DNA of 64,000 bases from an uncultured virus (IMG/VR IMGVR_UViG_3300045234_000013) (lineage: Duplodnaviria; Heunggongvirae; Uroviricota; Caudoviricetes). The stretch is taken from IMG/VR virus record IMGVR_UViG_3300045234_000013. One strand, given 5' to 3'. The notes beneath the pieces are model-generated. The model was not told where the DNA came from, did not search any database, and saw nothing but the letters and a program-made list of their open reading frames with translations. Positions 1 to 8,172 of this stretch are shown here, one piece after another. The position numbers were made by a program, and so were the translations under genes. Numbering within the stretch: position 1 is the first letter of the stretch; every line of letters begins with the position of its first letter.

Positions 1-107
1 CTGCCATTTTGGAGCTGGATTCGACACGTATAGGCTGGTTCCGGCAACCAAAGAAGAAATTGCCATTTACGAAGATAAAGTTAGAAAATATCGATCGGAG
101 GAAAACA

Positions 108-503
108 ATGATACCGAAGTTTAGAGCTTGGGTAAAACCAGGAGTTTTATCAAACCATCCCGACGGAGTAGTTGCGGATGCAAAACCCGACTTTTTAGGA
201 ATGGAATGCTTAGTAAAGAGAGACGATTTAAAAGGTAAAAAGTGCTTTACTGAAATATTTGATTTTGAAGACATCGAACTCATGCAATCAACAGGACTGA
301 AAGACAAGAACGGCGTGGAGATATTTGAAGGGGATGTAGGATGGGATGACCACTTAGAAGTAAATGGAAAAGTAATTTACGATGAAGGAAAATTCATTTA
401 TGAATGGGAAAATATCTGCGACGATCTCTGTGAAGTTAATGCTGATATAGATGTTATCGGCAACATCTATGAGAATCCGGAGTTGTTGGAGGCGATAGAA
501 TGA
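108..503 (+). CDS. YopX family phage protein
   Basis: MIPKFRAW...MQSTGLKDKNGVEIFEGD...VIGNIYENPELL signature; RBS GGAGG before ATG 108. Confidence 0.9.
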   Translation: MIPKFRAWVKPGVLSNHPDGVVADAKPDFLGMECLVKRDDLKGKKCFTEIFDFEDIELMQSTGLKDKNGVEIFEGDVGWDDHLEVNGKVIYDEGKFIYEWENICDDLCEVNADIDVIGNIYENPELLEAIE

Positions 504-673
504 AACTAAAAGAACTAATCGAGCAGCATACGTTAAAAGTTGTTTTGTGCGGTCACTGCGAATGTGGAGAGCGCAAATATGATTTGATTACAGATCATAA
601 TCTCGCTTATCCACCAATTCATGAGTCGACTATTTTAGAAGTTAAGCCAGAGTTGTTGGGGGTGCCGAAGTGA
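500..673 (+). CDS. Hypothetical protein, 57 aa (CxxCxC)
   Basis: ATGA overlap with yopX stop, RBS GGAGG; MKLKELIEQH...LLGVPK; below the ORF-track cutoff. Confidence 0.65.
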   Translation: MKLKELIEQHTLKVVLCGHCECGERKYDLITDHNLAYPPIHESTILEVKPELLGVPK

Positions 674-861
674 AAGATGAATTTATGGTTAGGTACACAA
701 ATAAACACGGTTTAGGCTGCACGATAGTCGTATATGCTGCCACGATGTTTGATGCAAAAGAAAAAGCTGAAAAAGAACTTGGTGATTACTTAAAGTCCAT
801 TAATGAGATTGTCAACTGTTCATTTGCACGAGAATTGATTCGCAGTCAAGACTTTGAGTAG
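670..861 (+). CDS. Hypothetical phage protein
   Basis: GTGA overlap with the previous ORF, 63 aa. Confidence 0.65.
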   Translation: MKDEFMVRYTNKHGLGCTIVVYAATMFDAKEKAEKELGDYLKSINEIVNCSFARELIRSQDFE

Positions 862-895
862 ATCCGGGATCGTCGCCAATTAAGGAGGAACTGTA

Positions 896-1090
896 ATGAA
901 TGACGAGGATATTCATGACCTCTTAGAAAAGATAAATGAGAAAGATATCGCTAGAAATAGTATGCGAGAACTTGCTCAAAATTTAGGGGCATTCCGTAAT
1001 CAGTTAGCCATTGAGGGATTTAGTGATGCTGAATCATTTGCTTTAACTTCTGTTTTTATGGCGACTACTATTAGCGCTAGTCAAAAGTAA
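896..1090 (+). CDS. Hypothetical phage protein
   Basis: Strong RBS AAGGAGG, 64 aa. Confidence 0.75.
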   Translation: MNDEDIHDLLEKINEKDIARNSMRELAQNLGAFRNQLAIEGFSDAESFALTSVFMATTISASQK

Positions 1091-1105
1091 GACTAAGTTA
1101 TTTAA

Positions 1106-1175
1106 GCACTATATATTGTACGCGAAAATACGTTCCCACGATATATTGTGGATAAACCTGTTAATATGTGTATAA
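1106..1175. promoter_or_regulatory. Two NrdR-like boxes plus DnaA boxes
   Basis: GCACTATATATTGTAC (1106-1121) and CCACGATATATTGTGG (1136-1151); TGTGGATAA (1147-1155) and TGTGTATAA (1167-1175). Confidence 0.6.
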
Positions 1176-1214
1176 CAAATACTTTGGGGAATAATTTGAT
1201 TGGGAGGAAACGAT

Positions 1215-1712
1215 TTGGAAATTCAAGTACATGAACTGCCAGAATCTCAGCTAGATATGATCGCTGAGAAAGTAGTTGCTAGGTTAGTGGAAGCGACTAA
1301 GCAAAGGCGAAAAGAGCTAAGGTCCAATTCATACCATAATACAAGGACGCTCTTGAGGAATTACTACAGATTAAAAACTCACTGCAAAATAGTAGAGGAG
1401 CAAGTCGAAGAGGATTTCGCTTCAATGTGGAATGACTGGCGCTTTGATGTAGATAGTCTACTAGAACATAAGGCGAAAACAGCAAAATTAATGAAACATG
1501 TTGATAAGGCTTTAGTTGAACTAAAAGCAGAGGATGAGCGAGCCTATGATATTTTAAACATGAAGTACTTGCTACCTAAGTGTTTTGCTGATGAATACAT
1601 TGCTTCGAAATACGCTGTTGATCGAAGGACGATAGGGAAGTGGATAAAAAAAGCTGTTGAACAGCTATCAGTATTTATCTTTGGAGTGGATGTTGTAATT
1701 GATTGGTTGTAA
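1215..1712 (+). CDS. Late transcription activator (ArpU/RinA/LtrC-like)
   Basis: Position just before the late leader and terminase; C-terminal HTH (DEYIASKYAVDRRTIGKWIKKAV); RBS GGAGG before TTG 1215. Confidence 0.75.
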   Translation: MEIQVHELPESQLDMIAEKVVARLVEATKQRRKELRSNSYHNTRTLLRNYYRLKTHCKIVEEQVEEDFASMWNDWRFDVDSLLEHKAKTAKLMKHVDKALVELKAEDERAYDILNMKYLLPKCFADEYIASKYAVDRRTIGKWIKKAVEQLSVFIFGVDVVIDWL

Positions 1713-1967
1713 GGCGCGTTTGTGGCGCCACGAGTGTACATTAAAAGTGTTACTATGATAGCGTGAAATAAATGTGATTAATCCGCCAAGCAGACGACTC
1801 AATTTAACTTTATTGGCATGAAGTTTCTCCTTATACTACTTAACATACATTCGTCTAGCTTGGTGGATTATTCGCTTTTTGACTACACTGCCACTTTGCG
1901 GAAACAGAGAAGGCAAACAATTGGCGGCATGAAATAATGATTTCTACATTGAGCATTCCGTCTTTAT

Positions 1968-2056
1968 GTCACTGTGGCGGAAGTAGAAGACGTGTTGCAT
2001 GCGTGCGAGGTTAATGCTTAGGCAACCATGAGTGGGGCGGTGCCACTCCAGTGATT
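1968..2056 (+). ncRNA. tRNA-like cloverleaf RNA with an expanded anticodon domain
   Basis: Acceptor GTCACTG/CAGTGAT, Leu-type D-arm start TGGCGGAA, GTTGC/GCAAC stem around 23 nt, GAGTGG/CCACTC T-like arm. Confidence 0.55.
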
Positions 2057-2132
2057 TAGGGAGGACTTAGTAAACTGGCCAACGCTAAGTATCTGACCTG
2101 AAAGCATATGTTAGGAGGTAGCTCCTCCGAGT

Positions 2133-2208
2133 TGACGTGTAGCATCATTGGTGATGCATCTGACTGTTAGAGTTGGAAATGAGGTCGGTTCGATCCCGGT
2201 CACGTCAA
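2133..2208 (+). tRNA. Atypical tRNA or pseudo-tRNA (nominal anticodon GTT, Asn; 9-nt loop)
   Basis: TGACGTG/CACGTCA acceptor, GCAT/ATGC D stem, GGTTCGATCCC T arm; no encoded CCA. Confidence 0.7.
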
Positions 2209-2362
2209 TAAACATTAAGTTGGACTTGCTAGGAACACGGTAAGTTGCCTTACGCAGGCTTTGTGAGCGGTCTATGAGCAGATACATCAATGCAATCATA
2301 GTTAAATGAGTTTGCTTTGATCAGGGGCGGTACGCTGATTCAGTGTTCTTTAATACATAATC

Positions 2363-2390
2363 AAGATCGCTTCGGCGGTCTTTTTATTTT
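2363..2390 (+). terminator. Intrinsic terminator at the end of the ncRNA leader
   Basis: AAGATCGC-TTCG-GCGGTCTT followed by a T tract. Confidence 0.75.
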
Positions 2391-2395
2391 GGATA

Positions 2396-2452
2396 CAAAA
2401 AAGACCACTGCTCGGCAAAGCAATGGTCTAACGCAGGATAAAAATTTGTTAC
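2396..2452 (-). ncRNA. Putative sRNA (unit B)
   Basis: Minus-strand TTGCCA-17bp-TAAACT promoter (2487-2459), short body, AGACCATTGC/GCAGTGGTCT terminator with T tract. Confidence 0.55.
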
Positions 2453-2487
2453 AACTAAAGTTTACGACTTTAGAACCTTTATGGCAA

Positions 2488-2550
2488 CAAAATAGACCGC
2501 TGTTTCCGCAGCGGTCAAGTGAAAAAACAAATTTTTAAAAAGGATGATAC
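2488..2550 (-). ncRNA. Putative CcpA-regulated sRNA (unit A)
   Basis: Minus-strand TTGTCC-17bp-TATAAT with cre-like TGTAAGCGTTACAA in the spacer (2566-2579); GACCGCTG/CAGCGGTC terminator. Confidence 0.6.
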
Positions 2551-2605
2551 ATAGAAATTATATCATTGTAACGCTTACAGGACAATGCGGAAAAGGAATA
2601 TAAAA

Positions 2606-2830
2606 ATGAGAAACTATTGGTATGTGTCACTAAACAATAAATATCCTTTACCAATGAGAGGTCAACATAAACGGGTGGTGATGTCTGTTCAGATGAAGGC
2701 GAAGTACTCGATCGTAGAAATGACCAGGGAAGCAACGCCGGTTGAGATTGATCAGTGCAAGATGGTCTATTGTGGGTTTGGTTATTGGAAAGAGGAGCAT
2801 GTGCAGGAGAATATCAGTAAATACATATAG
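2606..2830 (+). CDS. Hypothetical protein (near-identical copy at 44446)
   Basis: RBS AAGGA, MRNYWYVSL...; conserved in both prophages. Confidence 0.8.
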   Translation: MRNYWYVSLNNKYPLPMRGQHKRVVMSVQMKAKYSIVEMTREATPVEIDQCKMVYCGFGYWKEEHVQENISKYI

Positions 2831-2848
2831 AAAGGTGGTGGAGCTAGT

Positions 2849-3685
2849 GTGGAAAAATGGGAGTTAGCCTATAAGGACAGACAAGAAGGTATGAAGTATA
2901 AAGATATCGCTGAGAAGTACGATGTATCCATTAACACTGTCAAAGCTTGGAAGTCTAGGAAGTGGAATAAGCAGAAACAAGCTAGTGATCCGCCACCTAA
3001 AAAGGGTGCACACAAAAAAGAAAAAGGGCGCACACAAAAAAAGTTGCAACCAGTCATAGATAATGACGATCTGACAGAGCAACAGAAAATGTTCTGTCTT
3101 TTTTATTTGCAACACTTCAATGCGACAAAAGCGTATCAGCAAGCTTACGACGTTGATTACAAGACAGCTAATGCAAACGGAAGCAGGCTGCTAGTAAATG
3201 CTAGTGTTAAAGAAGAGTTGCATAAGCTCAAAGGGGAACTGCAACATGACACCTTTGTTACAGCGAAAGACTTAGTAAAAGAATATGTTAAGCAGGCCTT
3301 TTCAGACATTACCGACTTTACTGAGTTCGGCAATCAGACAAGAGTAGAAACTGAGCTTGATGAGAATATGAAACCTGTACCTGTGTTAGACCCAGAAACA
3401 GGTGAACCAATAACTTACTTAACAACGTTTGTAGCCCTAAAAAACTCAGATGAGGTTGACGGAACGCTTATTCAGGAAGTCAAAAAAGGTAAAGATGGCG
3501 TCTCAGTTAAATTATACGACAAGCAGAAGGCCATGAGTGAATTAATGAAGTACCTTGGTGGAGACAAACTTCGTGAAGCACAAATCAGCAAAGCGCAACA
3601 ATCTTCTGATGTGAACGAGACTACAGAAGATAAACTTGACGAATTAATGAATAAGATTAGTGGTGAGTTAGATGGCTCTGACTGA
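2849..3685 (+). CDS. terS: Terminase small subunit (N-terminal HTH + Terminase_2)
   Basis: LTEQQKMFCLFYLQHFNATKAYQQAY...ANGSRLL motif; upstream of TerL. Confidence 0.92.
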   Translation: MEKWELAYKDRQEGMKYKDIAEKYDVSINTVKAWKSRKWNKQKQASDPPPKKGAHKKEKGRTQKKLQPVIDNDDLTEQQKMFCLFYLQHFNATKAYQQAYDVDYKTANANGSRLLVNASVKEELHKLKGELQHDTFVTAKDLVKEYVKQAFSDITDFTEFGNQTRVETELDENMKPVPVLDPETGEPITYLTTFVALKNSDEVDGTLIQEVKKGKDGVSVKLYDKQKAMSELMKYLGGDKLREAQISKAQQSSDVNETTEDKLDELMNKISGELDGSD

Positions 3686-4910
3686 TGTCTATTCTAAAAA
3701 ACAGATTGAAGTTTTAAATCAGACCGTAAATCAAGAGTGGTTTATCGCTCTTTTACATGGAGCAAAAAGATCGGGAAAAACCAAAATTAACAACGACCTT
3801 TTCTTGTTTGAGTTGCGTAGGGTTCGTAAGATTGCTGATCGAGAGAATATCAAAGAACCAATGTATATACTTGCTGGTGTTTCTAGCGCAACTATTCAGA
3901 AAAATGTTTTACAAGAGCTTTACAACATGTATAACATCGATCCAAAGTTTGACAAACATGGAAACTTCAAACTATTTGGGGTAAAAGTAGTTCAGGCATA
4001 CACCGGGAACATATCTGGGGTAGGCGCGGTTCGAGGGATGACAGCGTTTGGGGCATACATTAATGAAGCGTCTCTAGCGAAACGAGAAGTGTTTGCCGAA
4101 ATCGTTTCTCGCTGTTCTGGTACTGATGCAAGGATACTTGCCGATACTAACCCTGATAACCCTGAACATTGGTTAAAAAAAGAATACATTGATAAATCTA
4201 GCAGCAATATTCGTTCATTCCATTTCCAATTAGACGACAATGTCTTTTTATCTGAGAGGTACAGAACAAATATTAAGGAAAGTACACCTAGCGGCATGTT
4301 TTACGATAGAGACATTAAAGGTTTGTGGGTCTCCGCAGATGGAGTTGTTTATCAAGATTTCGATGCGAGTAAGCATTATATTCGTTCAGATGACCTGCCA
4401 AGTCTATCAAAGTTTTATTGTGGAGTGGACTGGGGTTATGAGCATTGGGGAAGTATTGTTGTTATCGGAGAGACCGACGATGGAACAGCATTCCTAATTG
4501 AAGAACACGCAAAACAACACGAAGAAATAGATTATTGGGTAGAAATCGCGAAGGGGATTCAAGAGCGTTACGGCTCACGAGTGCCCTTCTATTGTGACTC
4601 GGCGAGACCTGAGCATGTTGCCAGGTTCAGAAGGGAACACATTGAAGCTTTTGATGGAGAAAAAGCTCGATTGAGTGGTGTTGAATCGGTAGCGAAAAGA
4701 ATCAAGCAAGACAGACTATTCGTTTGTAGGGATAAAGTTAGCAAATTCCCTGGTGAAATTTATCAATATGTTTGGGATGAAAAGAAAGGCGAACCTATTA
4801 AACTGTTTGATGATGTTTTAGATGCTTTGAGATACGCAATTTATACAAATGAAGTAGTGAATGCAAAAACAGCTGAGATTGTTAATAAAGTACAATTCGG
4901 GTTTAACTAA
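3672..4910 (+). CDS. terL: Terminase large subunit, PBSX family
   Basis: Walker A GAKRSGKT, DTNP, nuclease GVDWG...DDVLDALRY. Confidence 0.95.
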   Translation: MALTDVYSKKQIEVLNQTVNQEWFIALLHGAKRSGKTKINNDLFLFELRRVRKIADRENIKEPMYILAGVSSATIQKNVLQELYNMYNIDPKFDKHGNFKLFGVKVVQAYTGNISGVGAVRGMTAFGAYINEASLAKREVFAEIVSRCSGTDARILADTNPDNPEHWLKKEYIDKSSSNIRSFHFQLDDNVFLSERYRTNIKESTPSGMFYDRDIKGLWVSADGVVYQDFDASKHYIRSDDLPSLSKFYCGVDWGYEHWGSIVVIGETDDGTAFLIEEHAKQHEEIDYWVEIAKGIQERYGSRVPFYCDSARPEHVARFRREHIEAFDGEKARLSGVESVAKRIKQDRLFVCRDKVSKFPGEIYQYVWDEKKGEPIKLFDDVLDALRYAIYTNEVVNAKTAEIVNKVQFGFN

Positions 4911-4922
4911 AGGAGTGAGAAA

Positions 4923-6356
4923 ATGGCAATTGTTGTAAACAGAGAAATAGCTGGAGATTTAAACAATCCAACTGCTGAACTGCTTAATTATTGCATCCAA
5001 GAGCATTTGAAAATGTTGAGACGGTTAGAAAAACTATCAGATTATTACGATGGCAAGCATGATATCACGAAACGTAAAAAAGAAAATGAAGCTGCACCTA
5101 ATAACAAAATACTTGTCAATCATGCGAAATATGTAGTTGATATGAATGTTGGTTTCATGGTTGGAAATCCTATCTCCTATGTTTCAGATGCAAACAAAAA
5201 TATCCAACCTGTATTAGATGCGTTTGACGAGTTGGATATCGTATCGCATGACACAGAACTAGAAAAAGATTTGTCTACGTTTGGTATTGCCTATGAACTG
5301 CTTTATCTTGCGAGAGGGAAAGAAGTAAATACAACCGAAATGCGTATTAAGTGTATTGATCCAAGAGGAATCTTTTTAGTTACAGATGATACCGTTGATA
5401 AGAATCCTCTATTTTCAGTGCATTACCAACCAGTGTTCGACCTACAAGGCGGAATTGATCATTATATCGTAAAGTATTATAACGACAACCGTGTTATCAC
5501 TTATAAAACACAATCGAGAGAATTCGGTGAGTATTTATTAATCGATGCAAAACAGCATTTTTTCAAAAAGGTTCCGGTTATTGAATACCGGAATAACGAG
5601 GAGAAACAAGGTGATTTTGAGCAAGCTATTTCATTAATCGATGCGTATAATCTGCTCGAATCAGATCGTCTGAATGACAAAGAAGCTTTTGTAGACGCAA
5701 TTCTATTTATCCGTGGTTTTACATTACAAGATGGAGATGGCGCGAAGTTGGCAAGCGAAAAAATGCTTCAAACAAGCGCTAAACCATCTGAGGTTGCTGC
5801 AGATTATCTAACAAAGGAACTAAACGAAGACGGGGTAAACCTTCTCAGAGAAGCGATCTTAGATGATATCCATAAGGTAACGTATGTCCCTAATATGAAC
5901 GATGAAAAATTTGCTGGAAATATTAGCGGAGAAGCAATGAAATATAAGTTATTTGGTTTATTGCAACTTATGTCAGTTAAGTCACGTTATATGATCAAGG
6001 GGTTACGACAGCGCCTGCAACTGTTCGAAAATATCCTCAAAATTAAGGATTCATCATTAGATACAACAGGTACTAAGATTAAGTTAAAACCTAATTTGCC
6101 AGTCAACACTAGCGATATTATCAATCAGATTGTAGCAGCATATAATGCGGGCATTTTACCGCTAAAAGTTTTGCTTAGCTGGTTGCCGGACATTGACGAT
6201 GTGGACGAAGTAATTGAACAACTGAATTTCGAAAAAGAGGAAAAGATCGAACTTCAGAAAAAAGCAATGGGAGTTCAAGCGCAAGATAGTAATTCAGATT
6301 TGGATGATCCGCCAGAGGAGGAAGATGATGATCAAAGCAACCTTCAAAAAGAATAA
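4923..6356 (+). CDS. Portal protein, SPP1 gp6-like
   Basis: YYDGKHDI, NHAKYVVD, GNISGEAMKYKL motifs. Confidence 0.93.
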   Translation: MAIVVNREIAGDLNNPTAELLNYCIQEHLKMLRRLEKLSDYYDGKHDITKRKKENEAAPNNKILVNHAKYVVDMNVGFMVGNPISYVSDANKNIQPVLDAFDELDIVSHDTELEKDLSTFGIAYELLYLARGKEVNTTEMRIKCIDPRGIFLVTDDTVDKNPLFSVHYQPVFDLQGGIDHYIVKYYNDNRVITYKTQSREFGEYLLIDAKQHFFKKVPVIEYRNNEEKQGDFEQAISLIDAYNLLESDRLNDKEAFVDAILFIRGFTLQDGDGAKLASEKMLQTSAKPSEVAADYLTKELNEDGVNLLREAILDDIHKVTYVPNMNDEKFAGNISGEAMKYKLFGLLQLMSVKSRYMIKGLRQRLQLFENILKIKDSSLDTTGTKIKLKPNLPVNTSDIINQIVAAYNAGILPLKVLLSWLPDIDDVDEVIEQLNFEKEEKIELQKKAMGVQAQDSNSDLDDPPEEEDDDQSNLQKE

Positions 6357-6627
6357 CAATTCATTTATTGAGTATGAAGTTACTGGTCATGCTTATTTTG
6401 CTGAACCAGGGAAGGACATTGTTTGTGCAGGTGTTTCAGCATTATTTATTACGATTACTAATCAGATGCTATGTAAATCTTATGTGAAGTTACACGATCA
6501 ACGAGTGTCAATTCTTAATCCTAATGAGATTGATAACGTATTAGTAGAAGTGTTGCTTTGCGGGTTGTATGATATTCAGCAAAAGTATCCCGAACATGTT
6601 TCGGTAGAGGTGATTGGAGCTGATTAA
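6328..6627 (+). CDS. prp: Ribosomal-processing cysteine protease Prp (DUF464), phage-encoded
   Basis: GHA...GKDIVCAGVS catalytic His/Cys motif. Confidence 0.9.
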   Translation: MIKATFKKNNNSFIEYEVTGHAYFAEPGKDIVCAGVSALFITITNQMLCKSYVKLHDQRVSILNPNEIDNVLVEVLLCGLYDIQQKYPEHVSVEVIGAD

Positions 6628-8016
6628 ATGGCTCAAAAGAAACAAAAACAAGATGACTCTTATTGGCTCGATCGAAGCATCAAGCAAGAGAAGAAAATTA
6701 ACGATGCTGCACAAAAAGTCGAACAAAAAGTTATATCAGCGTACCGTCAAGCTCAGAGCTATTTAACAAGACAAGCAAGAAATTTATTCAGTCGAGCAAA
6801 GCAACGGTCAGGAATGGATGAGGAAGAAACGAGAGCCTTGCTTAATCAACCTGTACAGCCTGACGAACTGGTAGAACTCAGAAAACTTGCTGATGATGTA
6901 TCTAATCCTGATCTTCAAGAATCAGCAATAAAACGATTGAACGGTCTAGCGTTTAAAGAGCGAATAACAAGAGCCGAAGACTTGAAAGCTAAGTCTTTTT
7001 TAGTTTCTAAACAAATTGCTGATGTACAACTGAGCAAGTCCACCGACTTCTATATTGATGTCATACATGATTCTTATAATGAAGCAACGGCAGAAGCAGT
7101 AATTCAACAAATCGAGCAAGCGAAGAACGATTCGATTATAAATGTTTGGGATGGTCAAAAGTATGACTCACAAATAGAGACATTTAGACAAGCTAAAAAG
7201 CGTGGAGTACCAATTGAAGTTTGGAATGACCTTAAATACAGGAAAACTGATTATGAGTTTAAGGAGCTTTCCACTAAGTACACCAAGAACATCCTTGATT
7301 CCCATTGGCACGGATCGAACTATTCAAAACGGCTATGGAAAGATACTGAAGCATTGGCAAAACGTCTTGAAGAGCTGTTCACTGTTGAATCTATGACGGG
7401 CATGTCTGAGTTTGAAATGGCTAGAGCAATAGCGGGAGAATTTGACCGCTCAATTGGCGTTGCTCAGCGTTTAATACGAACCGAGGCCAATTACATGGCG
7501 AATCAAGCAAAGCTTAAAGCGTGGCAAGACAGAGGTGTTGAAGAGTATCGACTTATTGCTGTTTTAGATTTCAGGACTTCAAAAATTTGTCAGGGCAAAG
7601 ACGGAAAGATTTATCTTCTTTCCGAAGCTGTTGTTAATGGAGCAGCCGGAACATACCCACCGTTTCATCCTTGGTGCAGAACGATAGCTGTTGCTTATAT
7701 TGGAAAACGATCACTGGCAGGCAAACGAACAGCAAATGATCCGTTTACCAATAAAACAATGACAATTGAACAACGTGATACTTACGATGATTGGATGAAA
7801 CGGCTTAAGGGAAAATATTCTGATAGAAAGATAGAAAATCAGAAGAAAAGGGTCATTAATAGAAAGAAAGATTTAATTGAATATAAGCAACTCAAAAGTG
7901 TTCTTGGGAAAGTTGAAACTCCTGAAACATTAGACGATTATCAAGATATCAAGTACGGGAATAAAAAGAGATGGCAAGATTTAAAAAAGAAGTATCGAGA
8001 TAAGAGGAATAATTGA
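6628..8016 (+). CDS. Minor head protein (SPP1 gp7 / Mu gpF)
   Basis: RLIRTE, LDFRTSKIC, PPFHPWCRT motifs. Confidence 0.92.
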   Translation: MAQKKQKQDDSYWLDRSIKQEKKINDAAQKVEQKVISAYRQAQSYLTRQARNLFSRAKQRSGMDEEETRALLNQPVQPDELVELRKLADDVSNPDLQESAIKRLNGLAFKERITRAEDLKAKSFLVSKQIADVQLSKSTDFYIDVIHDSYNEATAEAVIQQIEQAKNDSIINVWDGQKYDSQIETFRQAKKRGVPIEVWNDLKYRKTDYEFKELSTKYTKNILDSHWHGSNYSKRLWKDTEALAKRLEELFTVESMTGMSEFEMARAIAGEFDRSIGVAQRLIRTEANYMANQAKLKAWQDRGVEEYRLIAVLDFRTSKICQGKDGKIYLLSEAVVNGAAGTYPPFHPWCRTIAVAYIGKRSLAGKRTANDPFTNKTMTIEQRDTYDDWMKRLKGKYSDRKIENQKKRVINRKKDLIEYKQLKSVLGKVETPETLDDYQDIKYGNKKRWQDLKKKYRDKRNN

Positions 8017-8172
8017 CAACTAAAGGATATTTAATACAAGAGATGGAAGTCTAGTTGTTGCTAGGCTTTTTATTATGCCCTCTACTGCTCAGGGCGTTAT
8101 AAATTGTAGCTGTTTCGGTGCCGACCGTAAAACGAGATTCGATTAGTCACGTAATGACTGGAGGAAAAATGA

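Larger units (their letters stand above)
1780..2390 (+). ncRNA. Structured non-coding late leader (cluster of hairpin and tRNA-like RNAs)
   Basis: No credible ORF; series of long stems; large parts near-identical to 43560-44322. Confidence 0.65.

Noticed and set aside
39..57. TTCCGGCAA-CCAAAG resembles the 19-bp boundary motif
   Set aside because: It lies inside a plausible coding frame (…RLVPATKEEI…) of the truncated upstream gene and lacks the CAAT/RBS context.
2111..2538. ORF-track ORFs over the ncRNA leader (2111-2299 minus, 2317-2538 plus; also 44165-44443)
   Set aside because: No RBS, they cross tRNA and terminator structures, and the frames are not conserved between the two copies.
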